Part shown: piece after piece, positions 43,809 through 58,128 of the stretch
Position numbering within the stretch: position 1 is the first letter of the stretch
How the letters are laid out: the number at the start of each line of letters is the position of its first letter
Source of the DNA: Flectonema sp. DT1601
Lineage: Eukaryota
Length of the DNA: 64,000 nucleotides
Reading direction: 5' to 3'
Assembly: GCA_964019425.1 (NCBI GenBank)
Contig: OZ025781.1
Span: forward strand, 1,364,001 to 1,428,000
Made by a program: the position numbers and the translations under genes
Notes under the pieces: generated by a model
The model's input: only the letters and a program-made list of their open reading frames with translations
Database searches by the model: none
Told to the model about the DNA's origin: nothing

Positions 43809-46800
43809 ATGTTGGCACAAAGCCCTCGTATGAGAAAAGACATAATTGGAGTACTGGTGCACCCTCCAGTGATGGATTGTAATGTTGAAGCAATTATTCA
43901 AAATGAAGAAGGATTTGCAAGTGAATGCAGTGAACTTCACAGAAGTATCTCTGACTTGAAGGCTGATTGGAAAGAGAGAGTAACTGCTTTAAAAACACTT
44001 CAAGCCTTATTAATGGGTGGAGCTGGTCAATTACATAACTTTCGTGAAGTAATGGACAAACTTAAGAACGATATTGTCGCACAGGTGGGTGACCTCCGAT
44101 CTGGTGTTGTTAAAGAGGCCTGTGAGTTATTGATTATTATGTCAAAAACAACACCACCTCACACATGGGAATCAATGGTTCACTGGTTTGTTCCAGCTGT
44201 CCAAAGACAACTTCCAGTCACAGTCTTCACGATGGCAAACGCTGCAAACAATTGCATTAGATTTATGATACAAAACAATAGGTATTGTCATGTGAGCAAA
44301 TTGTTTTTTTTTTATATTTAAAATTAATAATAACATCACACAACACAGATGGTCAGTTCAAGCCTACCGTCAGATTATTGAAGGCACGAAGTACAAGAGT
44401 GCAAAGACTAGGGCTAGGTCATATGAGCATTTATTTCACTTAGCACATCATCATTCAATGGCCTTCTTACATAGTCACAATGATCATGATTTATTATGGA
44501 ATGCTATTGCTAGTGGTGTGTCAGACAATGATGCTAACACTAGGCAGCTCACACGTTTAACGTATTGGGGATTACAACAGACGTTTCCTCAAAAAGCAGA
44601 AGAATTTGCTCACACTCTGAGTATCCAACACAAGAAGCAGGTTTGTTATTACTATTTAGCAGAGCCTAATAGCAACATTACTTTCATACAATAAAACAAT
44701 CACAGGTTCAAGGAGAAAGAGCAACGTACATTCAACTGGAGCAGAATTTAGTCTCTGGTGAAGTTACTCAGCAACAACAGCAGCAGCAGCAACAACAACA
44801 CCACCACCACCACCAAGAACCTCATCAGGTCACTACTAGAGAGAATAGAAGTGGGATATCAATAGTTTTAGATAAAGAAAATACACCTCCTACTGCAAGG
44901 ACTCCAGGGAAGGTGAGGTCTCACACACCGAGGAAGACACCAACTCATTCGACGTCTACCACGAGATCATCATCAAGAGTATTAAATGATGTTACACAAA
45001 AGAGAACAGCTACTCCTGTTAGAAATCACACACCAAAACGGAGACACTCTTCAGTGCAACCAGAACCTGAGCAGTCGGCACCAGCAGCATCGCCATTCTG
45101 CCCACCAGCAGCAGAAGATCATTCAGGTAGTGATGCTCGACAGGTTGATGAACTTTTACATGCGACGACTAAACATCACGACTGGGAGATTAGAGCGAAT
45201 GGATATGTTGATCTCTCTTCACTTGTCGATTCTATGGACTTTCCCGTCAGTAAAGTACTCGACGCTTGTCATCAGAGATTAATTGGAGATCCTCATTTCA
45301 AAGTTACCGTTGAGATTCTAAACTGGTATGATTCACTTACTTTCTCTAATCATCTGACTATAATAACAAACAAACATCCACACAATTACAACAACAGCAT
45401 GCAAAAAACATGTGAGGCTCATCCTAGAGAAGCTTTACACCTCTTGGAACGCATCCTTGTGGCTGTCTTTGGATGCATGTCAGACAGAAAGGGTGTTGTC
45501 AAAGACAGGGTATGTTGAATTTAGTATCCTATTTTCCCCTTGTTAGTTTAATACTTTAATAAACCAAACTTTCAAAAACAAATAGGCAAGAGCAGTTGTT
45601 GACTCTATTATGGCAGCAAACACTGTCGGTACAATGTTTCAGGGGCTTATGAAAGTACTAGATGTTGGGACATCAAAGGTCAGGGTTAGCTGTTTAGAAT
45701 GTGTATTGTATATACTTCAGTTCTGTGGAGATTATTTATCAACGCCTAAAAATATGAAACAAGCGATTATAAAATTATTAAAAATTATTATTGTTCCTTG
45801 TGATGGTGACTCTAGAGAAGTAGAGAAGATGGCCGTGGCTGCTCTTGCGAGTCTGCATCCAACTCATCCGAAGATATTCATAGCAGAGGCAAAGAGTGGT
45901 CTTCAATTACAGCAAAAGAGAGATCTTGTTAAAGTTTTACGGGATCACATCCCTGACTTGAGTGATGATTTACTAGGAAGTAGCAATGCTTCTTTTAAAC
46001 AGCAGAAGTTTTCTGATCCATCGGTGTCTGAGCACCAGACACAACATCAACATCATCATCAACAGCAGCAGCAGCAGCAACAGGTTTGTATATTTTATCA
46101 AAGTATCTGTTCTTAAATAACAAAAAAATCTCAAAAAAATTCAAAAAAAAAAAAATAACAACTCAGATTAATAATCAATCAACAAGAAGCAGTCCAAGCC
46201 GCAGAACATCTGATCCAAACCAACAACAAGCAGCACCAGTTAGAGTTTGGGGAGCACATGATTCTTCTGCAACTAAGCAAATGGCATTAAAGCACTTATT
46301 GCAATTTAGACAGAGACAGACTCAGTGGAAATCTCATTTTAATGAACTTTTACAAGCAGTGTTGTGTAGTGTTAAAGATAATGACTATCAGATTAGATTG
46401 TTGGCTGTTGCTGTAGTCCAGATGGCCATTGATAAAATGCCGAATGAGTGTTTAAGATCGACTCTTGATATCGTGTTTGCTTTATTAACTGCGATTGATG
46501 ATCAGCAAAGTGAAGTTAGCGCTGTTGCTAAGGAAGCGTTGTTCTCATTGTCAAAACTACCAGCTCCAGCTGTATTGTTGGAAACACTTCTTCAGTTGTT
46601 TAAAAGTATGAGTGAGAGGTCTTTACAGGTAGTGCTTGTTGGATTATTCCCGCGAGTCATTATCGCTCTACCTCCTGAAATTTTGCTATCACATTTGCCT
46701 ACTCTTCGTCACATTATTCATACAACTATTTCTTCAGATTCTACTGATTTACGTAAGGCATGTACTTGGTGTCTTGTCGATTTATTTTTAGAAAACCGAA

Positions 46801-46913
46801 ATGCAGCATTACACTTATGTAAGGGACTCCCTCCTGCTAAGATCAGACTGTTGGACTTTTACCTTGCGAAGAGAGGTGCACAAACTGATCTAGCAACTGA
46901 GCTTGGAATGTAA
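43809..46913 (+). CDS. CLASP-like TOG/HEAT microtubule-associated protein; exons 43809..44281, 44349..44640, 44706..45325, 45398..45509, 45586..46083, 46167..46913
   Basis: CLASP-N motifs DWKERV.AL..LQ and DLRSGVVKEAC, plus SD.DA.TR...R.TYW and C-terminal D...LRKA...CLV. Five GT-AG introns splice in frame. Confidence 0.85.
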
Positions 46914-47895
46914 ATAATATTTCTTTACTTTTTTTTTAAAATGTATTCCTGTTGATTTTAAGTCAGCTGTGATTTCTATTGATTTCGGAAGCCTTTTTTT
47001 CTTTTTTCTTTTTACTGTTCTCATTGTGAAACTTTTTTTTGGATGCAACCCGAGCTGGGCGTTTTCTTTTGCTCATTTGTACCTTAGAGACAGCTGTTGT
47101 AAGTATGTGAAAAGTTTCTTTACCCTGTCCTCTGTAGCTCTTTTTTCCCCCCTTTTTTTTTTCTCATTCTGATTGAGAAAAAAACAACAACAACAACAAC
47201 ACGCAGTCCTTAATTATAAGTAGATATTCTTTTGTTGCTTTCCCTATCCTTTGTTTTGAGGTGCGTCACTTTAAAAACAAAAAAAAAACAAAAAAAAAAA
47301 AACATAGATCTTGTAGCTGAATGTACAGGACCACTAATCAATCACAGATCTACTATACTGCTCCCCTCATAGATAATTTTATATGGAGTTCGAATCCTTT
47401 TCCCCATTTTCTCATTCTTCCTCTTTTTCTTTTTGTTTTCCCTCATCTTCATTTCATGATAGTAATTTTCCATTTTTTTTTTTTTTTTTTAGATGCTATT
47501 TTTTTGTGAAGGTTTTTTTCTTCTTTTTTTCTCCCGATAGACTCCCATTTGGTTCCACCCATCTTCCAATTCCGCTTCACTCTGTGTTAACTTATAGATA
47601 ATTAATTTAACAGAGGTGGTTATCCGTTATGAGAATCTTATTTCTACATCACCAGGAGACAGGAAGTATGACCTGCGAGGGAGTAGCAGAACAATGTGAG
47701 TTTTATCTCAATTTGAGTGTATTATCTTATAACAAAACTCATATCTATCTCTACGTCTCTTATCGTCTGTGAGAGTCTCATGTACCAGTTTTTAAATCGG
47801 TTCACGGGTTTCGTGCACAAAAGCATCAACAAGTGTTATATTACTATTTTTCTGTACAGTTTTATTATTATATTTTTTGTTTAAAAATATATAAA

Positions 47896-48720
47896 ATGTC
47901 AGATACTAAGTTGATATTGTTATTATTATTTATAACTATTGGAGGCTGGGGATTGATCATTTCCATGAGAGGAGATAGAGGAACAGCCGTTGAGCATAAA
48001 ATGGAAATGGTAAGAAGTGAAATTCAAGCGTTGAGGGAAAATCGAAAATTACCGCAGCAAAGCGTTGACAACGGACATCATGTCGCAAGGCAAATACCTC
48101 CAGCAGACTTCGACGGGCGCATAAAATGGCGATGGCAGATTGGACAATTGTTAGAGAACGAAGGAAAACTCAATGGCGCTGAGCTTGGCGTCCAACTTGG
48201 TGTGTTTTCACAGCAGATGCTTTCTAATTGGCCGTCCTGCAAGTCATACATGCTCGTTGATGTTTGGGATCTCAGCGAAAATGTCAATTACAACGACCCT
48301 GCCAATGTCGGTAAGGATAAGCAAGGAGTTATTTATAATCAGATGTTGGAGAACTTGTCACCTTATCAATCACAGTTGGTGATAAATAGAAACTTTAGTC
48401 ACAATGCTTCTCTTTCTGTTCCTCCGAATTCACTTGATTTTGTCTACGTTGATGCTCGTCATGACTACGAATCCGTTCTCGAAGATATGAGAGATTGGTG
48501 GACCAAACTGAGACCTGGAGGCATCCTCGCAGGACACGACTATACCACTGCCCGGGTTGTACGGGGATACGGCACTCAACGTGATGGAAGTTGGGATCAA
48601 CGAGCTGTTAAGGGAGCAGTTGTTCAATTTTCACAAGAAGTAAACCGAGGGTTCATGGTTATCCCTGATACGAAGACTCGGAAAAAAGTTGCCTACTCGT
48701 CCTGGATTTTAAGGAAATGA
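47896..48720 (+). CDS. Class I SAM-dependent methyltransferase (Methyltransf_24-like), type II membrane topology, copy 1
   Basis: N-terminal TM helix; motifs GAELGVQLG, LVDVW and DFVYVDARHDY...KLRPGGILAGHDY. Confidence 0.88.
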   Translation: MSDTKLILLLLFITIGGWGLIISMRGDRGTAVEHKMEMVRSEIQALRENRKLPQQSVDNGHHVARQIPPADFDGRIKWRWQIGQLLENEGKLNGAELGVQLGVFSQQMLSNWPSCKSYMLVDVWDLSENVNYNDPANVGKDKQGVIYNQMLENLSPYQSQLVINRNFSHNASLSVPPNSLDFVYVDARHDYESVLEDMRDWWTKLRPGGILAGHDYTTARVVRGYGTQRDGSWDQRAVKGAVVQFSQEVNRGFMVIPDTKTRKKVAYSSWILRK

Positions 48721-49781
48721 AACCCGCCAACACTATATCACTGGCTCCACGTAAAAGTGATAATTTTGCTGCTAGTATAAAATAAATGTAACAATCAGGA
48801 GAAAAAAGGTCAACCTCGGCGACTTTTTTTTTCTTCTTCCAGCGAGGTTCCAAATGCGCCCCTGGGATTGAAATTTCCTCTACGCCAGTATCTGCCAACA
48901 CACTTTTTTTGCTGATCTTGTGTTTGATGCAATCCAGAGGAAAATAGTAAATCGAGTGTTTTTTTTTTTTTGCTTTTCAGTATAACTCTGATTCAAATAA
49001 AAAGAATTCTGGTGATTAAACCTAATAAGTACCAACGAATGTTAGTTATGGCTACCTGTAACACAACACTGTATGTGACTATGTACCGTTCATTCCATTC
49101 AAACCCGTGCTTGAATTTAAGCTTTGTATAGTGCTCCATATTGATGGCAGTAATGTCGTCCTTAGGTAGATTTATTCATATGCTTTCTTCTTTTCCCCTT
49201 CAATACACTTTTTACTTTTTCTACATTTATTGTAGAAGAGTGCTCCATTAGAGACTAATATTAGTAATATGTTTTTTTTATTTTTTTTTATTTCGATAAT
49301 ATAATCAAAAAGTAACTTCACTACCGGAATTGCTTACTGAGGGTGATTCAGTCTTAATGATTGGACTGACAGACTTCAATAAGTAAAAACGTGTATAGAT
49401 TCCTAGTTGTTAACATGATGGTTAAATTATCTACAATACGCTTGTATTTGACGTACGAAATTAACCCCCCCCTCCGTTGACTTTGATTTATTTATCCAAG
49501 TCCCCTCCCCTCGTCGTGATTATATGATTTATTGTCTCAGCTGTTTGGGGTTATTTATGTGCATCGCGTGTGGTGCTGCGGAATCCCGGACCAGAAGATC
49601 AAATGGCACACCAAACCTATTGTAAGCTTTTTTCAAAATCAAAGCAAACGTATTTAATTATAATGTGTTCCACTGATAGTGTGTGAAATATAAAGATTTT
49701 TATTTTATTATTTTCTTTGACTTGATTTGCAAAAAAAAAAAAAAAAATGATTTTTTTATTTTTACTCTACCTTGGCTTCTT

Positions 49782-50168
49782 AGGGAAAATTTACACTTGC
49801 AGTGAAAATCAGAAAGTACAGTATTTCACTACCGAATTTAATTGCACGCATTTTGGTTAGGGCCGTTGCGAGCGTGAAATAGTGTAACATTATTTCACGA
49901 CTCCCGCCGGCAGCCGTAATCGATTCAGGAACATTTTTTACCCAGGATCTCTCACGGGGGCTCATCATTGGGCAAGATAGCATAGCTATCCGGCCTGTGG
50001 AGCAGCAGAGTGCACCGAAACAGCCAAAGATGCTAAATGGACTCCTGAAGGCCCGTAGACCGCTGGGGTGTAAATTTTCCCATCGAAGCCTCCTATCGTA
50101 AAATAAAACGACGGTTTTAGACACAAAATCAGATACCGATTTTCACTTGTGGGTGGGTTTTTACCCCC
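49782..50168. mobile_element. Possible old MITE with degenerate TIRs
   Basis: GGGAAAA...CAC...AGTGAAAATC on the left versus GATTTTCACT...GTG...TTTTACCCCC on the right; interior is GC-richer than the flanks. Confidence 0.35.
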
Positions 50169-50738
50169 ATTTTTTTACCTCATTCGGAAAAAATCCATCC
50201 ATGCATGGAAAATCAGGCATAGTTGATTTTCATTAAGTCAATGGTTATTTCTTTTTTTAAATTTTTCCTTTAATATTTAACTTAGAAGTGTGAAGCAATA
50301 CTATTTTTAAGCTGTAAAGAACCACGGGATGGGGAGCTCAAGTGGCTTCCTAATCCCCATATTCGACAGCGCATATGGGTTTTTAGTCGATTCCAAGTAT
50401 TGATCTTATACTGCAACCAGGTTTGGCCGAACCTGCTGTATTTGTTTTTGAATAGCATCAAAGTTACCCTTCTTAGTTAACTCTGGTCCTATACAGATAT
50501 TTGTTTGTTTATAGATAGGAATGTTTCTAGTGCAACCCCTCTTGTGTGGACAGAATCCAGTTATAATGATTCATGTCTAATTTGTTACGTGTTAACTCCC
50601 CTTCCAGGTCTCCCATCATTTCCAGGATCACGTTCTGGTTATTTATCCATAATATTTCCTTCCGATATCTCGGATGCTTGTACTTACTTTGTTTTAGTAA
50701 TGTATGAGTGTAATTGCTATTATCACCCTTTTTTTTTT

Positions 50739-51112
50739 AAAATTTTGAGATTTTCGCTATTGGGGTGCCTGATAATGTCATTTTCGTTATTCACTAAAAG
50801 CAGTAACTTTTTTTTTCATCTCGAAGACATGTTTTACGAGCGAAAGAGAATTGTGGCAGCGTAACGTTAACACCCTTACTTTATAGGCTTGTTTCCGGTT
50901 GCGCACAAACAAAAACAAAGTGTGAGAATTATTTAGTGAGGTGCCGATTCTTTTTCGCTCTGTTCACTAGAAATGAAATTTTTTTTTCTTTCTTACTGAA
51001 TAGAGAAAAAGAATTATCACTTTCAGTGAACAGCGAAAAAAAAAAAAATTCTTTTACTGAATAGCGAAAATGGAATTATTGGACCCCCCAATAGCGAAAA
51101 TCTCTAAATTTT
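50739..51112. mobile_element. Fold-back/MITE-like element with ~60-bp imperfect TIRs
   Basis: GAGATTTTCGCTATTGGGG...CATTTTCG.TATTCA.TAAAAG (50747-50800) is the reverse complement of ~51051-51104. Confidence 0.7.
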
Positions 51113-51146
51113 TTTTGTACCTACAAACCCATTGTTCGGTAGAAAG

Positions 51147-51655
51147 GTCCGGCGCAGTTATGACCTTAAACTGACTGTCATCTTGCCTGATCCTTTTGGT
51201 TTTCATTTCTTGCTGAGTGATATGGCTATGTGCTGCCCAAATCTTTTGTGGTACATTTCTAAAGCTTTTCGGTAAGCCCCCAGTACACTTATAATGCTTT
51301 GGACAACTGGGGGTGAACGATCCTCGGTACTGTTCCGGGGTTTTCTATTTTCTTTCGTGGAGTGTGGGCATATGGCACATGTGGTCGTATTATAAAGAAA
51401 GATGTATATGAAAGAAAGAAAAAAAGATTTTTTGTTTTTTTCACCTTCCCCCCACTCCCAGATCATTTCTCTTTTATTTTCTTTAGTTGTTTACAACCTG
51501 TTAGCCTCTGGGCAAGGTGGAGGCTGGAAGTCGATCACTTCCAGCCAATACTATGAAACTACAATCTTCGCGATTGGGTCCTTACTGATGCGGGCTACCC
51601 AGACCCCTCGTAGTCATCAGTTTGTATTTTGATAACTAAACTAAACTGACTAAAC
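51147..51655 (+). mobile_element. 5'-truncated LINE-like retroposon (possible last 42 codons of ORF, 3' UTR, (TAAAC)n tail)
   Basis: 7-bp TSD TAGAAAG (51140-46 and 51656-62). A homologous empty site TTGTTCGGTAGAAAGAGAATT occurs at ~23119-23139. The 3' end is shared with the 18706 copy. Confidence 0.88.
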
Positions 51656-52504
51656 TAGAAAGAGAATTGTGGCAGCGTAACTACCTATTCCTTTATTAGG
51701 ATTTTCTACCGGTTGCGCACAAACAAAATAAAAGTGTGAGTGAGTAAGTAAAAAGTGAAGTTTGCCGATTCTTTTTTTTAATTTTTTTTAATTTTATTCA
51801 CATCCCTAACAATAATCGGACAAGGTGGAAAGCTGACAATTGCATACACGTGTGCATTATGCCCCGTCAGCTGAAGCTACACAACGATCTTAACAAGATT
51901 GGGTCTAATTTACCGATCAGCAATGCTAGGTACATATTGTTAGACACCCTTATATTTTATGTATCTTATATTCAGCTTATGAATACTTTTCTTTTACTTA
52001 TCTCTATTTTTTTATGCTCAAAAATCTGTTTGACGTTTCTTTTCAGCTTAACCTTATTACAAATTTTATTATTATTGTCTGCTCACGCTTAGGTAGTATT
52101 ATTTCAAATTGTTCTACGTCTCTTATCGTCTGTTGGAGTCTCACAGTTGGCTGGTGGCGATCTATTTGCCCTGTTGAGTTTTTCCTGATTTTTGGCTTCT
52201 CAGGCTTTAAAAAAAAGAAAAAAGGAAAAAAATTTACCCTGGGTGTTTTTTCTCTTTTTCCGAAACTAAACCAAACCAACTTACTTTTTTTAGGTTAAAT
52301 CAGTCTCGTGACTGCGAAAAAGAAAAAAAATGTCAGCAAAGGAAGTAGCAGCAAAGAGCACCAGGAGAAGTCTCTCCTCTGACTCAACTTAGAATCGTGT
52401 TCCGCACACTCACGACAACGGACGTGGCGGCTCTCCCAAACGGCTAGCTGTGAAGTGTTTTATAGCAGCAGAACACATCTGTCTAGTGCGGGCATCTCAC
52501 TTAT

Positions 52505-53977
<1,473 letters not shown>

Positions 53978-54145
53978 GCAGCAACAACACCACCCAGGAT
54001 ACAATATATATGGATACAATAATTTATGTATTTGTTTGTTTGAATTTGTTTGAGAGGATTAATATTATTGTTGCAGTATCCCAAACTCCGCTCCTTTTTT
54101 TTTTTTTTTTTTTTTTTTTTTTGTTAAAAAAAAAATATACATAAA

Positions 54146-54973
54146 ATGTCAGATACTAAGCTGATATTGTTATTATTATTTATAACTATTGGAGGCTGGG
54201 GATTGATCACTTCCATGGGAGGAGATAGAGGAACAACAGTTGAACATAAAATAGAAATGATAAGAAGTGAAATTCAAGCGTTGAGGGAAAATCAAAATTT
54301 ACCACAGCTAGTTGTTGACAACAATGGAAGTCGTCTAATAAGGCCAACACCTCCAGCAGACTTCGACTGGCGAATAAAGTGGCGATGGCAGATTGGACAA
54401 TTGTTAGAGAAAGAAGGAAAACTCAATGGAGCTGAACTTGGTGTCCAACTTGGTAAGTTTTCACAAATGATCCTTTCTAACTGGCCGTCCTGCAAGTCAT
54501 ACATGCTCGTTGATGTTTGGGATCTCAGCGACAACGTCAATTACAATGACGCTGCTAATGTCGGTAAGGAAAAGCAAGGATATATCTATAGGAAGATGTT
54601 GGAGAACTTGTCACCTTATCAATCGCAGTTGGTGATAAATAGAAACTTTAGTCACAATGCTTCTCTTTCTGTTCCTCCGAATTCACTTGATTTTGTCTAC
54701 GTTGATGCTCGTCATGACTACGAATCCGTTCTCGAAGATATGAGAGATTGGTGGACCAAACTGAGACCTGGAGGCATCCTCGCAGGACACGACTTTACCT
54801 CTGCTCGGAGTGTACGGGGATACGGCACTCAACGTGATGGAAGTTGGGATCAACGAGCTGTTAGGGGAGCAGTTGTTCAATTTTCACAAGAAGTAAACCG
54901 AGGGTTCATGGTTATCCCTGATACGAAAAATTGGAGAAAAGTTCCATTTTCATCCTGGATTTTAAGGAAATGA
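54146..54973 (+). CDS. Class I SAM-dependent methyltransferase, copy 2 (paralog of 47896..48720)
   Basis: Same motifs, long identical nucleotide stretches, shared post-stop sequence TGAAACCCGCCAACACTATA. Confidence 0.9.
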   Translation: MSDTKLILLLLFITIGGWGLITSMGGDRGTTVEHKIEMIRSEIQALRENQNLPQLVVDNNGSRLIRPTPPADFDWRIKWRWQIGQLLEKEGKLNGAELGVQLGKFSQMILSNWPSCKSYMLVDVWDLSDNVNYNDAANVGKEKQGYIYRKMLENLSPYQSQLVINRNFSHNASLSVPPNSLDFVYVDARHDYESVLEDMRDWWTKLRPGGILAGHDFTSARSVRGYGTQRDGSWDQRAVRGAVVQFSQEVNRGFMVIPDTKNWRKVPFSSWILRK

Positions 54974-55596
54974 AACCCGCCAACACTATAGACGCAGTAA
55001 CATCTATACAAAAAATAGCGGCAATAGATTATGCAGTCACTTCATTCGTGGGTTCTTCTTTTTTTCTCCACGTGGCTTCCTAATCCCCATATTCGATAGC
55101 ATATGGGGGATTTAGTTATATAAACTGGTGGTCTCTTTTAATTGCAACCGAGTTTTTGTCCGAACCCCTATATTCGTTTTTTTAGCCAGTTTCAAGTTAC
55201 GTTATACTAAAAGTATCAATGTACTCCTCAACTGTAAGCACACTTCAAAGCAGCTAAATACCAGGGGGGGGGGGGGGGGTCGCATTCTTAGTTGATTTTA
55301 ATATTTGAGCCTATTGTTGTCTTAGTGACATATATTCCCCATTTTCCCAAAAGCTTCCTAAGGTTCTTGTTTATGTTATACTTTTTGTTTTTTTATAACA
55401 AAAGGGTAAGCCGCTAATGGTGCGCTACGAACTAGCTATAGTAAGAATCGTTTGTTTTTCTTTTTTTTTTATAAACTTTGTTAAGGTGTAGGGTAACGGA
55501 CTGCGTGGTGTGACGCTCTTCCTGATAGTACGTTCCCCGAATTACCAGATTCGACAACGTCTTCTGGTTTATAAGATTTAAAAAAAGAAATATATA

Positions 55597-55969
55597 TCAG
55601 TCATTCCTTTTTTTTGCGAACAAAAAACACCATTTTCTCGCCGCCTGAGCAAGGTTACACGATATGTTATTTTTGCTCGATTTTTTATTTTTTGGATCCC
55701 GCTGGGTCAGCAGTGTAAAATTAGACCCTTCGATTAATTTTTGGTTTTGGTACTTGTCCACGGCTGAGCTGATTTAGTAAACCACAAAATCTCTTTTCTC
55801 AATTCGGGTGACAAGTATGTGATGCCAACCCCCCGATTTCGGACGGAAATGAACCCAACGATGCAGCGCATTAAAATGCCGCTTCGATCGAAATTTTTAC
55901 CATTTTTTTTTGAAAAAAACTTTTCAGTGCAGTGTCCAGAATTTGGTCGCAAAAAAAAGGAATGACTGA
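55597..55969. mobile_element. 373-bp MITE with 23-bp perfect TIRs inserted in a (TA)n site
   Basis: TCAGTCATTCCTTTTTTTTGCGA ... TCGCAAAAAAAAGGAATGACTGA with TA flanks; interrupts a repeat that lacks it at ~19833-20020. Confidence 0.88.
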
Positions 55970-57431
55970 TATATATATGTATTTCCTTTTTATGTTTTAT
56001 TTTTTTAATTTGTCTAAACGTACCTTTTCTTTGATTAATAACTACAAATATTTTTTCAGTCAAGCGCTTTGATAATAATAGTTTTGTCTTAATACCTAAA
56101 AGTTGTTACTGTCTTTTACATTGTCAAAGTTTCATCCCCCTTTCCAATTGTTGATTTTCTTATATTGCAACCAGGTTTGGCCGAACCCTATTCTCGTTTT
56201 AGCCAGTTTCAAGTTGCTTCCCATTTAATATAAGTATTTTGAGTAACCCCACTTTCTACATTTATTGTAGAAAAGTGCTCCACTAGTAGTGAGCTACAAA
56301 CTAGTAACAATAAACAATATGTTTTTTATTATTATGAACATGAAACTTAAAGTAACTACATTCCAGTCCTGCAAACTGGAATGACTCAGTCTCAACAATT
56401 GACTGACTTACTTCTACACCATACTGATGAGAGAGAATAGAGGTAAGAGGTATATGGATTACTCTCGAAACCTATAGTTACTTTAATATGCTAAGTTGTG
56501 CATCACCCTTAGTCACTGTATTTAAAACTAATGTTAAATTATCTTTTTGTTTTTATGATACAATAGTTGTAATTTTTACAAAATCGAACATACATCCCCC
56601 TTTCCAAGCTTTAGAAAGTTCTTGTTTTGTTATTCAATGAGAAAACAGAATTTCCCCCCTTTTTTTTTAATAAAAGAAGGGGAAAAAGTAAAAGTAATAT
56701 AAAAGTAAAATTTTTTCTTCGATATTCCTGACGAAGGGAGTTAAAGAATCGCTTGCTTAAGGCTTGGAGTTGTTAATCAGAAAATCAGAAAAAAAAAACC
56801 GTTTTCACTTTTTCGCAGTGAGAATTCAAAACTAGAAAACAAACCTTTCCACCTTCCCGTTTTAGCCACTTGAAAAGTTGCTTTTACGGTATCAAAATTT
56901 CTCCTAGAGGCCCTCAAAGCTTCTTGCTTTGTCATTTCAATAAGAATATGGCTACCGAACATAATTTTTTTCTCTCTTTTAATAAAAAAAAAAAGGGAAC
57001 GAGTACTGAGGCCTTTGATATTTTTTTTTTTTTTTTTTTTTTTTTTTCTTTCTTCCATTCCGAAGGATTGAAGTTAAATAATCATTTGCATAGGTATGGC
57101 GTTGCCTCTCAGAAATCAGAAAACTCCTAGTGAGTAATAACCTAATTCCATCTCAGCCTCTTAAGCTCTCATTGACATTCATTCCACCTTCCCAAGCTTT
57201 TAAAGGGTTCTTGTTTTGTTTTTCAATGAGATTATGGCTACTGAACATAATTTTTCTTTCTTTTTTTTTTAAAAATTATTCTAAGGAAAAAAAAAAAAAA
57301 AAAAAAAAAACAGAGGAGGAGAAGGAACTTAATGTGCTAAACATATTTTTAAGGAAACCGTAAACTGAAATCGTAGCAAACGCATTGTTTCTCTCGACAG
57401 ATTTTTTTTCAAAAAAAAAAAAAAAAAAAAA

Positions 57432-57986
57432 ATGCCAATTATATGCATTGGTCCTGTGTGTGTGCCATGGACTGCACTACTACCGATAATTTGTGTCATA
57501 ATGAGACCGATTTATAATTTAATGCCGCCGTCTGTCCAGGAAAAACTGGACGTGCTGTACGAATGGATTTTCAAATTCATCGATTCGGTGACTCCGTCGT
57601 TCCTTAAAAAGAAGAAAACGACCGCTAGAAAATCTAGCACAGCAGCCGGTGGAAAGATTCTTTCACAGGGGGAGATGGTCATTTTAGAAAGAGAATGTGA
57701 TTTTTTCGCAACGACATCGTCTGTGGAGGTGATGGTATACTTTACTGCGAAGTGGTGCAAACCTTGTCAGCAAATTAAACCCGCAGTTGCTAACGTCGCA
57801 GCATCAACTAGCCTGCGTGTTATTTCCATTGACGTCGATGACTTTCCTGAACTTCAAGAGGAGTGTTCGGTTACTGCTATGCCGACATTTCTTCTTTTTG
57901 CAAATGGAAAAGAGATGTCAAGATCAACAGGCGCAGTTGAATCGAATTTGGAATCTATGACTACACGATTCAAAAAACAACAATAA
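57432..57986 (+). CDS. Thioredoxin-domain protein with hydrophobic Cys-containing N-terminal anchor
   Basis: YFTAKWCKPC active site, IDVDD, VTAMPTF; N-terminus MPIICIGPVCVPWTALLPII. Confidence 0.88.
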   Translation: MPIICIGPVCVPWTALLPIICVIMRPIYNLMPPSVQEKLDVLYEWIFKFIDSVTPSFLKKKKTTARKSSTAAGGKILSQGEMVILERECDFFATTSSVEVMVYFTAKWCKPCQQIKPAVANVAASTSLRVISIDVDDFPELQEECSVTAMPTFLLFANGKEMSRSTGAVESNLESMTTRFKKQQ

Positions 57987-58128
57987 GAGATGATGTCGTC
58001 AAGATCAATTGTAATATAAAATAGTTAGCAACGCATCAGTCCTCCATATTTCTAACCGTCATCCTTATGTTATGCTTTTCATTGATATTATGTTTTTATT
58101 ATATTCATATCTCAACAGAATCAAAGAA

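Noticed and set aside
47305..47410. tRNA-like A/B box fragments (TAGCTGAATG, GTTCGAATCC); similar B-box-like words near 4150, 9631 and 26213
   Set aside because: No cloverleaf or acceptor stem could be formed.
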